21,106 bases of DNA from the NCBI GenBank assembly GCA_964549355.1, contig CAZJUS010000001.1:1-21106 (forward strand), written 5' to 3'. The notes beneath the pieces were generated by a model. It saw only the letters and a program-made list of their open reading frames with translations. It did not search any database and was not told the DNA's origin. This DNA comes from Candidatus Undinarchaeota archaeon (GTDB taxonomy: Archaea > SpSt-1190). This document shows, in pieces, positions 1 to 8,189 of this stretch (positions are counted from its first letter, which is position 1; every line of letters starts with the position of its first letter). Made by a program: the position numbers and the translations under genes.

Positions 1-119
1 CAAAAATCATCCTTGACAGGTCTTCGGGCTTCCCGAGGCTTGATATCCCTGAGGGAGAGCTGCAGGATATGTGTGAAACACTGAAGACGAAGTTTGAAGC
101 GTACCAGAGCTCCGCTTGA
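1..119 (+). CDS. 3' end of an unidentified CDS entering from the left edge
   Basis: Frame 3 is open from the window edge (KIILDRSSGFPRLDIPEGELQDMCETLKTKFEAYQSSA) to TGA at 117-119, immediately followed by the AT-rich thrS promoter region. Confidence 0.55.
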   Translation, partial: KIILDRSSGFPRLDIPEGELQDMCETLKTKFEAYQSSA

Positions 120-166
120 AACCCTATATTTTTAACTGTCCAGTCCTCCGCCTTGGGTGACCAAAA

Positions 167-1645
167 ATGCCGCTTGAAGAAAAAATCAAAAAAGTCATAG
201 AGGCCAGCCTTGGCCAACTGGGAGAGCACGGTTCGAGGGAGGACCAGCTCTGGTATGATATATTTCGTGATGAACCTATCACAGGCGATGACCTGGCCCG
301 GCTGACTACTGCTCTCAAGAAGGAAGGAGTATTTGCCAAGACCCTCAATGCGGGCGTGGTCCTTGACAAGAAAACCGGCAAGGAAATCCAGCGCGTCTGG
401 CTGGTTGCATTTGCTTCTGAGAACAAGCTGGTGGCCTGGGAAAAAGAGTATGAAAAGAAACTCAAGAACGACCACCGCTTCATCGGCGAGCAGCTGGATT
501 GGTTCCATGTCCAGGAGGACCTGGTCGCGCCGGGCATGGCCCTCTTCCATCCCAAGGGCATGAGAATCAGGCGCAAGCTGATTGACCTCATAAGAGAAGT
601 GAACGATTCACTTTCGGCGGAAGAAGTGTGGACGCCCCACGTGGCGAAGGCGGAGCTGTGGAAGATGTCCGGCCACTATGACCATTACAAGTCCAAGATG
701 TTTCTGTGGGAGCAGGACGGCCAGGAGTATGGACTGAAAGCCATGAACTGCCCCCTCCACATCCAGATTTACAGGTTCAAGCCCAGGAGCTACCGCGAGC
801 TTCCAATCCGGTACGCCGAGTTCGGCACCAACTACAGGAAGGAGCAGTCGGGCGAGCTCCACGGCCTCTCAAGAGTCTGGTGCTTCACTATGGACGACCA
901 CCACTTCATAGTCGCGCCGGATCAGATAGAGGGCGAAGTCATCAGGATTATGAAAGCCTGCTTCGGCGTCTATGAAAAATTCGGCTTCAAGCCGGAAGTG
1001 AAGCTGGCTACCATGCCCGATGATGCCATGGGCGACCCCGGGCTCTGGAAGAAGGCGGAGGAGGCCCTGGCGAACGCCCTGAAACAGGCCGGGATAAAAT
1101 ACGGGCTGAAGCCCAAGGACGGGGCTTTTTACGGCCCGAAAATTGACATATACGTCAAGGATTCAATGGGCAGGAAGTGGCAGCTCACCACCATCCAGGT
1201 TGACTTCTTCATGCCTGAGAATTTTTCAATGAAGTATGTGGACAGCAGGAACCGGATGCAACGGCCTGTGATGATACACTTCGCCATCCTCGGGTCGCTC
1301 GAAAGGTTCATGTCTGTGATAATAGAGCACCTCGGCGGGAAGCTGCCCTTCTGGCTGGCGCCAGTCCAGGTAAAAGTCCTGCCGATCACCGACTCGCAGA
1401 AGCCATATGCGGAGAAAATCGCAGGTGAATTGAAGAAGGCCGGGATATACGCGGAAGTTGACATGGACGGCACCCTGAACAGGAGAGTCCGGAGGGCTGA
1501 ACAGGAGAAAGTCCCTGCCATTGTTGTAGTCGGCGATAAGGAAGTCCAAGCCGGCGAGGTCAATGTGAGGGGCAGGGGCAATATGAAGCTGGAGGACTTT
1601 ATAGAGCGCGCAAAGCACGCCAATACCCAGCGGAAAGATTTGTGA
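167..1645 (+). CDS. thrS: Threonine--tRNA ligase, catalytic + anticodon-binding domains, without an intact editing domain (ThrRS-cat type)
   Basis: DHR, LWKMSGHYDHY, LKAMNCPLH, YRELPIRYAEFG, SGELHGLSRV, GAFYGPKID, WQLTTIQVDF, HFAILGSLERF, PFWLAPVQV. Only ~100 aa precede DHR. GGTGA RBS at 156-160. Confidence 0.96.
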   Translation: MPLEEKIKKVIEASLGQLGEHGSREDQLWYDIFRDEPITGDDLARLTTALKKEGVFAKTLNAGVVLDKKTGKEIQRVWLVAFASENKLVAWEKEYEKKLKNDHRFIGEQLDWFHVQEDLVAPGMALFHPKGMRIRRKLIDLIREVNDSLSAEEVWTPHVAKAELWKMSGHYDHYKSKMFLWEQDGQEYGLKAMNCPLHIQIYRFKPRSYRELPIRYAEFGTNYRKEQSGELHGLSRVWCFTMDDHHFIVAPDQIEGEVIRIMKACFGVYEKFGFKPEVKLATMPDDAMGDPGLWKKAEEALANALKQAGIKYGLKPKDGAFYGPKIDIYVKDSMGRKWQLTTIQVDFFMPENFSMKYVDSRNRMQRPVMIHFAILGSLERFMSVIIEHLGGKLPFWLAPVQVKVLPITDSQKPYAEKIAGELKKAGIYAEVDMDGTLNRRVRRAEQEKVPAIVVVGDKEVQAGEVNVRGRGNMKLEDFIERAKHANTQRKDL

Positions 1646-1687
1646 TTCCGACACTCACTGCTAAATATGACCTGGTGCGGATTTATT

Positions 1688-2248
1688 GTGGTCGAGCTCA
1701 GGCATATCGACGGCAACACTGAAAAGACCCCGGAGGAATTTTTGGAGTACGCCCGCCAGAAGATTGAAGCCCCCGGCCGTTACCTGGTCTACAGGAATTT
1801 TGCAGGCAGCCGGCTGATCCCCGCCAGACCCATCGCCGACGAGGTGACTGATTATTTCATAAGGCGGAAGGCCCTCAAAGGCGCTTCGGAGGAGGACACC
1901 TATATCATCCTGATGGAGCAGATGGTTGGCCCTGCCAAGCGCATAGGAACCCTGTTCAGATTCTTTCCAATATTCCTGGAAGAGGTCCGCTATAATCCGC
2001 CCGCGGAATTTGCGACCACCAAGGAGATTGCAGACATGGGCATCGACCGCCCGACTGTGGACCAAAAACTGTCAAACAAACTCAAGGCCGTGATTGGGAA
2101 TCGAAGGGAGATTTATTTGATGGTCTCCGGAGATTCATCATATACCTTCCCTGAAAAACCATGGCAGTCCCTCGGCCAAGCTTTGGAAGAAATGCAGGGC
2201 GCCTGCTGGGCATTCATCGAGGCCTATGATTCTCCAGGCTATGAATGA
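1688..2248 (+). CDS. Hypothetical protein (ORF open from 1667; GTG 1688 preferred)
   Basis: Long ORF co-oriented with its neighbours. CTAAAT at 1661 lies 27 nt before the in-frame GTG at 1688, matching the local promoter spacing. Confidence 0.75.
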   Translation: MVELRHIDGNTEKTPEEFLEYARQKIEAPGRYLVYRNFAGSRLIPARPIADEVTDYFIRRKALKGASEEDTYIILMEQMVGPAKRIGTLFRFFPIFLEEVRYNPPAEFATTKEIADMGIDRPTVDQKLSNKLKAVIGNRREIYLMVSGDSSYTFPEKPWQSLGQALEEMQGACWAFIEAYDSPGYE

Positions 2249-2290
2249 ATCACCACCGCAAGCTTCATAAGCCCCCTCCTTTTTGCCTGA

Positions 2291-2830
2291 ATGGACTATG
2301 AGGGGTTTTATGTTTTTGGCAACCTGGACCCTCTGGTCTGGAAGCGGGTGGTGGATGCGATACTGCAGACCATGCGCCCCGGGGAGGCCAGATTCGGATG
2401 CATCTACAGCGTGGATTTCGACGGCGACGGCATGTTCGGCGATGTGTACACTGTCCGGAGAATTGATGGCGCCGGCACTTTCGCCAGTCTGATGGACGGG
2501 GGCCTCAACCGCCACCTGGTAATTTTTGAAGAAGAAGACTCGTCTGGAATTCCCTTTTGCTCCTTTGAACCCTCCACTTCGGAGATGGCCGCCGGCTACA
2601 TTGTAGCCAGCGAAGAGGACGCAAGGGATGAAAACGACATAGTCGCTCCCGGAGTCTTCGGCAGGCCGCCCCAGGGAGCCTATGCCCTGGCGCATGGAAA
2701 AGTGTATGACCTCCTCAGGCCCGCCTATATCGGCGAGAGGATAGCGGATGCCGTTGCAGACGTCGAAACTTATATCGGCATTTTTGAGCATCCGGGGGCG
2801 TCGGCCACGGGCGCCGCTGATGCCCCATAG
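2291..2830 (+). CDS. Hypothetical acidic protein with a DxDxDG motif
   Basis: 179-aa ORF filling the gap between neighbours; TTCATAAG box ~25 nt upstream; contains DFDGDG. Confidence 0.75.
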   Translation: MDYEGFYVFGNLDPLVWKRVVDAILQTMRPGEARFGCIYSVDFDGDGMFGDVYTVRRIDGAGTFASLMDGGLNRHLVIFEEEDSSGIPFCSFEPSTSEMAAGYIVASEEDARDENDIVAPGVFGRPPQGAYALAHGKVYDLLRPAYIGERIADAVADVETYIGIFEHPGASATGAADAP

Positions 2831-2862
2831 TTAGTGTTTTAAACGGATTATGATAATCTTCG

Positions 2863-3678
2863 ATGCCCGAAAAAGCGACCCGGCAATATGAAATTTTAGC
2901 CACCAACTTCGACAGTGAAGAGCTTAGCCAGGAAATCCCCTTTTTCATTAAGAAGGAGAACAAAAACAACAAATACGCGGTTGTTTTTTTCAAGAAGAAG
3001 GTGTCGAAAGAAGACAGCAATCAGGACTCTTCAGGGTATTTCATGTCCGAAGAGAAATATAATAATATCCTGAAAGGGCATGTGAGAGCTTTAGAGGAGG
3101 CGGAAAGCGAAGCAGCAAGGAGTGTTGCGTATGGGAATATCCTTTCAAATGCAATCGTAGAAAAGTTACTCAAGGCAAAAGGTTTGATACTTCCGGACGC
3201 CCCAAGCAAGTGCAAGATGTTCAACAGCTACGGCATTGAACCTGTTCCGAAACGGACAACTGATTATAGGATTCTGCAGCAGCTCTCGGAATTTTTGGAA
3301 TCGGAGATAGGGGAGGGCCCTTTTTTGGTTCAATTTTCACCTCCTGATGAAGCGGATGCCAAAGCGTTTGAAAGGATGGTTGGTGAAATCTTTGGAGGGG
3401 TGCCCAAAGGGGTCGGGTCATTTTTGGATGAAGTGATGGCTTACACTGCTCCTGTTGTATTCGGTTACAGCATCACGACCGGCAGAAACTTTTCCGGAAA
3501 ACTGCCCGGTGCATCATTGTCTTCTCACGGAAGGGAGGGACCCCCAGAGACCAGCTATTTAATTATCGAACAGGACATATACCGATTGTATGAAGGTGGT
3601 GCTGCCGAAGAAATATTCCGCGACATGCAGCCTCTTTCCGGATACGGATGGGCCGTCGTCAGCAACAAGGATAAATAA
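2863..3678 (+). CDS. Hypothetical protein, possibly a distant paralog of 1688-2248
   Basis: 271-aa ORF; TTTAAA at 2838-2843, 25 nt before the ATG. Confidence 0.8.
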   Translation: MPEKATRQYEILATNFDSEELSQEIPFFIKKENKNNKYAVVFFKKKVSKEDSNQDSSGYFMSEEKYNNILKGHVRALEEAESEAARSVAYGNILSNAIVEKLLKAKGLILPDAPSKCKMFNSYGIEPVPKRTTDYRILQQLSEFLESEIGEGPFLVQFSPPDEADAKAFERMVGEIFGGVPKGVGSFLDEVMAYTAPVVFGYSITTGRNFSGKLPGASLSSHGREGPPETSYLIIEQDIYRLYEGGAAEEIFRDMQPLSGYGWAVVSNKDK

Positions 3679-3697
3679 TCATCCTCCAAAAACTTCT

Positions 3698-4297
3698 ATG
3701 TTCCTCTTGTCTCTTGAAGGCCCTGACTTCTCCGGCAAGTCGACTTTGGCTACAGCTATAATTATGAAACTGCGCGGACTGGGCAAAACTGTGGAAAGGA
3801 CCCAGGTCCCGTCCAATCTGATTACAGGGCTTTTTACCGACATACTCCGGAACTCCCGGGACAATGTAGACCCGCGGGTTTTTGCCCTCACCTATGCTGC
3901 GGACCACCTCCATCATTATCTGACTTTCATTCGAAACCAAAAGGCAGATTTCGTCTTGATTGAGCGTTCACTCCTCAGCACATTTTTTTATCAAGGAGTT
4001 ATCGGCGGACTCGATGTGAATTGGATTCGGGAAATCAACAAGTTCACAAAAACGCGCCCCGATTTAACCGTGATTGTCAAGACCCCTCTTGAGGAACTGA
4101 TAAAAAGAAAAAATATCCGAATCGGAATTCAGGACCAGTTTGAAAAATTAGAATTCCTGAAAAAATCCGTCGAATTTTACTATAATCTTCCGAATGAATT
4201 GGTGGATGAGTTCAATGTCAGGTACATTGAATATATGCCTGTGGATGAAACTGTTGAAGCGGTGCTAAAAATTGTGAATGAAATAAACAAAACTTAG
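3698..4297 (+). CDS. tmk: Thymidylate (dTMP) kinase
   Basis: P-loop LEGPDFSGKST, FALTYAADH, LIERSLLS..YQG, RPDLTVI, DQFEKLEFL. Start set at ATG 3698 because 3590 overlaps the upstream gene. Confidence 0.9.
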   Translation: MFLLSLEGPDFSGKSTLATAIIMKLRGLGKTVERTQVPSNLITGLFTDILRNSRDNVDPRVFALTYAADHLHHYLTFIRNQKADFVLIERSLLSTFFYQGVIGGLDVNWIREINKFTKTRPDLTVIVKTPLEELIKRKNIRIGIQDQFEKLEFLKKSVEFYYNLPNELVDEFNVRYIEYMPVDETVEAVLKIVNEINKT

Positions 4298-5224
4298 TTA
4301 CTCTTCTTCTTTGCTTTCACTCTTCTTTTCATCCATTTCTACGACAATGGGTTCTTTGTTTTTTAAGAAGTTCAGGAAAGGGGTCTTTTCGTTTGAAATG
4401 GCTTTGATATCTTCTTCAACCCTTTCGTCCGCTTCTTCAGGAGGCGCTTTCCATTTCATGACCATCCAATACACCAAAAACAACGAAAATGCGATCAGGC
4501 CTGCCCAAAGAAACATCCTCCAGAAGTCCCAAGGAACCAAGGGGCGGGTTATAATAAAAATGCTGATGACCTTCGGCTTGTAGCTGTAGCCGTATGCCAG
4601 AATCATCAAGCCTTTTGACTGGACAGCTTTTCCCTGCGTCTGATTCACCCGGACATTCATCGAGCCCAGATAATCACAGTCGCTGTAATTGTAGATTTTC
4701 AGCTTGGCCCTGCCTGAACCTTCACTTTCGGAGAAAACAACTGTCATATTTTCCAAATTTACTGCGTCTCCCACCCGGAGTGAATATTTTCCTGAGCCTA
4801 TGTAAAACGAACCGTTGTACCCGTCCGGATAACACGGCAAATCAGGATACTGCACTCTGTATCCCGATACATTCACAAGTCTGAAATCTTCCAGGCTGGT
4901 GGACACCATCATCCTCGCTTTGTTGTTGTAAATTTCCGAGAGCCAGACATAGTATTCACACTTGCTCGAGTACCCACATGCCCTGAAAGGTTTAACTTCG
5001 TCAATCCTTATTGTGCTGATGCTTCCTGCTGATGTGCGCAGTTGGACATATTTTGACCGGATATTCACAATTCCAACATAATACCTGTTGCCTATTATGA
5101 AGCTGTCCCCGCTGTCCACCCATAAAGGGAGCCGATTCTCATAATAAGTTGTTGCTGTTGCCGGGACGGTGGCCAGAAAGAGAATCAACAGCGCCAGGTA
5201 TTTTTTCACAGACTGCACTCCCAT
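4298..5224 (-). CDS. Secreted, C-terminally membrane-anchored surface protein (S-layer-like beta repeats)
   Basis: Signal peptide KKYLALLILFLATVPATA; two similar segments (VDSGDSFIIGNRYYVGIVNI / LRVGDAVNLENMTVVFSES); N-glycosylation sequons NVS, NGS, NMT, NYS, NQT; TM helix MFLWAGLIAFSLFLVYWMVM followed by a charged tail. Confidence 0.75.
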   Translation of the reverse strand: MGVQSVKKYLALLILFLATVPATATTYYENRLPLWVDSGDSFIIGNRYYVGIVNIRSKYVQLRTSAGSISTIRIDEVKPFRACGYSSKCEYYVWLSEIYNNKARMMVSTSLEDFRLVNVSGYRVQYPDLPCYPDGYNGSFYIGSGKYSLRVGDAVNLENMTVVFSESEGSGRAKLKIYNYSDCDYLGSMNVRVNQTQGKAVQSKGLMILAYGYSYKPKVISIFIITRPLVPWDFWRMFLWAGLIAFSLFLVYWMVMKWKAPPEEADERVEEDIKAISNEKTPFLNFLKNKEPIVVEMDEKKSESKEEE

Positions 5225-5228
5225 GCAG

Positions 5229-6404
5229 TCATTTAAGTTTTTGCAGATAGTTTATTTCTGCGGAGCTGATTTCGAAAGGGAGCTTTCCTTTCCCAAGGGC
5301 GACTGCAGCTTTGATTACCTGCAGGTATTCATGGGCCCTCTTGGTTGAAGTGTGCGTGTTGTGTGCAATTTTTTTCAGCAGGCCGTTCAGGACTGCCAGC
5401 TGCGACCTGTTGTAGGCCCTGGTCTGGAGGTATTTCGACGGCCTGTATCCGACGAATCCATAGTTTCTTTTGGTTTTTGACAAGGCAACCCCTATGGTCG
5501 CCAAATCAATGGTGTGCTTCAGCAAAGGCCAGTCCTGCCTGCGCTGGATTCTCCCCATGAAGACGTCCGCCATGCTCAGCCTGTCGAACCCGCGGGCCAG
5601 GTCTTCCCCTTCGTACTCCCGCATCATATTTTCATCGAGCCAGTAGAGCAGCTCCTGGAAATTGGATATATTGACCCCGTCCAGAGACCGCCTGGCCTGC
5701 TCCGCATTCCCTGCTTTGAAAATTTCCCGGAGCGCTTCGAAAATGCTTTTTTCCCTGTCGCGGTGGCCGAGAGTCTCCAGCTCTTTGAGCCCCGCTCCGG
5801 GGGTGGCCGACAGGGCCTCCAGGTCCAGCAGAGCGCTTCGGAAATCTTTCTGCTGGGCAATCTGGAGCAGGGCATCCCTTTTTACATCAAAGCCTTCCCT
5901 CTCGGCAACCCTTTCCAGGAAACCTGCCAGCACATCGGTCCTCGGTCTTTTGAACTGGACCTCCTTCACCTGCTGTTTGAGCTCCCTGATATTGCCCGCC
6001 CAGTTGTTGTTGCAGGTCAAATACACCGGATATTTGCTGGTCCGAATCAAATCCTGCACCGCCCCCACCGCCCCCGAATCGCTCCTGCCGGCGAGCCCGT
6101 CAACCTCATCAACCACTATCAGCTTGCCCATCCCGAAAAGGCTTCCCTGGGTCGCAGCGTTTATCATCTTGCTCCGGACGTCCTCCTCCTTGCGGAAGTC
6201 GCTGGCGTTCATCTCCACCAGCTCCCATCCCTTCTCATCGGCTATTGCATGCGCCAGGGCAGTCTTTCCGGTCCCCGGCGGGCCGTATGCAAGCAGGCCT
6301 TTGCCCTTTGGATTGTCCAGCCATTCAAGGACAGCTTTGACTGCGGATTTCTGCCCCACAATATCTTCAATTTTTTTCGGCAGGTACTTGTCAATCAGAC
6401 GCAC
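5229..6404 (-). CDS. rfcL: Replication factor C large subunit
   Basis: DKYLPK, Walker A GPPGTGKT, EMNASDFR, Walker B IVVDEVDG, WLDEN, LSMADVF.GR; TATTAA box 26 nt upstream of the GTG. Confidence 0.93.
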   Translation of the reverse strand: MRLIDKYLPKKIEDIVGQKSAVKAVLEWLDNPKGKGLLAYGPPGTGKTALAHAIADEKGWELVEMNASDFRKEEDVRSKMINAATQGSLFGMGKLIVVDEVDGLAGRSDSGAVGAVQDLIRTSKYPVYLTCNNNWAGNIRELKQQVKEVQFKRPRTDVLAGFLERVAEREGFDVKRDALLQIAQQKDFRSALLDLEALSATPGAGLKELETLGHRDREKSIFEALREIFKAGNAEQARRSLDGVNISNFQELLYWLDENMMREYEGEDLARGFDRLSMADVFMGRIQRRQDWPLLKHTIDLATIGVALSKTKRNYGFVGYRPSKYLQTRAYNRSQLAVLNGLLKKIAHNTHTSTKRAHEYLQVIKAAVALGKGKLPFEISSAEINYLQKLK

Positions 6405-6514
6405 CTAAGACCTTAAATCAGTCGTTAATATTCTTATCCGCCTCTGCAGCCGGCCCGGTTATTACACCCCGGAGTTGTAATTATTCCTTAAAACTGTCCA
6501 AAAGCAATCGCTTT

Positions 6515-7180
6515 GTGAAGTTTGTCCCCGTGGAATGGAGCGTGGAGGGATGGAAGAGGGCTGCGGAGCTGGTCTTCAGGGAAAAACCCGCGTACATCTA
6601 CCTGCAGGCCCCTGACAAATTCCAGGACCTCATCAACCGCTTCATCCGGGGGCTCATTCCCTGGGAGCGGTTCCTGGACCAGATTGCCAAAAGGACGGGG
6701 ACCCCCAGTCCGGAGATAGACCCAAAGACTGCGTGGGTGCATGTAGTCAAGATGGCCCGCAACACTACAACACCCCTTATTGCAGTCGAGCCAGACCTCG
6801 ACAAGGTGCTGAAGAGCGTAGAAAAGAAGCTCACAGTAAAGGACAAGAAGAAGACGCTCCACGAAGCCCGCCTATGGTATCTCGGCCGGGAAGGCTTCCT
6901 CAAAAGGCTCATCAGCTTTTTTGATTTCCCGGTCAGGCTCCTGAGGCTTCCCCCCGAACTCCGCACCATGTGGATTGGCTTCTGGATGAATGTGTACGGG
7001 GTCATAGTCAATGTCATCCCCGGCGACCAGAGGGATTTTGTGGCTGCGGTTGCCCTTGCCGACACCGAGATTGCGCGCATCATTGCACAAAGGCTGTCCA
7101 AGCTTGAGGACGGCCACGCCTTCATCGACCGCTGGTATTGTGACAGGACCCGCGACGCATTCCTGGAGCATGAGCGGTAA
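6515..7180 (+). CDS. Hypothetical protein, weak TraB/ChaN-like layout
   Basis: 221-aa ORF with CTTAAA 28 nt upstream. The fold guess rests only on segment spacing (EKPAYIYLQAP, PLIAVEPD, ADTEIARII). Confidence 0.7.
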   Translation: MKFVPVEWSVEGWKRAAELVFREKPAYIYLQAPDKFQDLINRFIRGLIPWERFLDQIAKRTGTPSPEIDPKTAWVHVVKMARNTTTPLIAVEPDLDKVLKSVEKKLTVKDKKKTLHEARLWYLGREGFLKRLISFFDFPVRLLRLPPELRTMWIGFWMNVYGVIVNVIPGDQRDFVAAVALADTEIARIIAQRLSKLEDGHAFIDRWYCDRTRDAFLEHER

Positions 7181-7210
7181 ACTTTTAATCCCCTGCTTAT
7201 CCAACTGCCC

Positions 7211-7468
7211 ATGAAAGGCGTTGTCGTCAATTACCGCAGGGGCAGGCACACCCAGAACCCGCACCAGATGGTGCTCAGGTTTGAGGGGGTCGGCAGCAGG
7301 GAGGAGGCCGAGAAGCTCAAAGGCAGGAAGGCAGTCTGGGTCAGCCCTGCAGGCAAGAAAATAGAAGGCAGAATTCTCGGAAGCCACGGCAACAAAGGGG
7401 CGGTCAGGGCCAGGTTCGAGACCGGCCTGCCGGGGCAGGCAATAGGCACGCCGATTGAACTGATATAA
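7211..7468 (+). CDS. rpl35ae: 50S ribosomal protein L35Ae (eL33)
   Basis: MKGVVVNYRRGRHTQNPHQ...GRILGSHGNKGAVRARFETGLPGQAIG is the L35Ae signature. Confidence 0.97.
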   Translation: MKGVVVNYRRGRHTQNPHQMVLRFEGVGSREEAEKLKGRKAVWVSPAGKKIEGRILGSHGNKGAVRARFETGLPGQAIGTPIELI

Positions 7469-7472
7469 TATT

Positions 7473-8189
7473 TTACTTCAGCACGTCCTCGTCCTTGATT
7501 CTGATTACAATCCCCGACTCGGAGACCTGCGCCTTGGCCATCTCCCCCTTCTTCCTGCCGTCGAATATCACCACCGGGCATCCGCATCGGGCGCTCAGCC
7601 TACCGCATTCCATTATTTTGTCCCGGGCAATCCCCCCGAGCTGGGCATAGGTGGTCTTGAAGTTGGAGTCCTTGACGGTCTCAATTTTGTTCTCCACCAG
7701 GTCTTCCGGCACATCGGTGGCCATCAGGATTTTGCGGGGCTTCATTTTCTCAGAGAGGGCCACCATGACCTCCTCGGCGGAGAAGAAAGTATAGCCGTCT
7801 TTGGAGTCAACGACAAGGTCGCCGTGTATAATGGGGATGAACCTGCCGACCGCCTCCCGGATGGGCCCAATCAGGGCCTCCTTGATTTTTCCGCCGTGGG
7901 CGAACAGAAAGCTCGAAGGCGAAAATACGACGGCGGGCAGATTCCTGGACGAAAAAGCAGAAACCACATACATTGAAAGCTTCAGGGTGACTTCCCTGGC
8001 CTTGACGTAGCCTTCCGGAGTCCCGCCGTATTCGTTGGCCACATGCCTGCCGAAGTTGTCGGCGCCGTGGGCCACGACCAGCTCCTCCTTCAGCGCCCCA
8101 ATCTCGGCCACCAGCCTGTTCAGGTTCTTCCAGTCAATTGAAAACGGGGCGTCGGTGATCATACTGCCGTCGAGTTTTATGAACATCAT
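7473..8189 (-). CDS. Isopentenyl phosphate kinase-like protein (amino-acid-kinase family) with altered signature residues
   Basis: IKLDGSMITD, VAHGADNFGRH, PIIHGDLVVD, FSAEE, MATDV, IFDG; ATGA overlap with the DUF72 gene. Confidence 0.8.
   Translation of the reverse strand: MMFIKLDGSMITDAPFSIDWKNLNRLVAEIGALKEELVVAHGADNFGRHVANEYGGTPEGYVKAREVTLKLSMYVVSAFSSRNLPAVVFSPSSFLFAHGGKIKEALIGPIREAVGRFIPIIHGDLVVDSKDGYTFFSAEEVMVALSEKMKPRKILMATDVPEDLVENKIETVKDSNFKTTYAQLGGIARDKIMECGRLSARCGCPVVIFDGRKKGEMAKAQVSESGIVIRIKDEDVLK

Noticed and set aside
3590..3697. N-terminal extension of tmk shown in the ORF track
   Set aside because: Overlaps the upstream gene; TMK homology and promoter spacing both point to ATG 3698.
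5345..6416. Long plus-strand ORFs (300 aa, 248 aa) opposite rfcL
   Set aside because: Antisense shadows typical of GC-biased coding DNA; no motifs.
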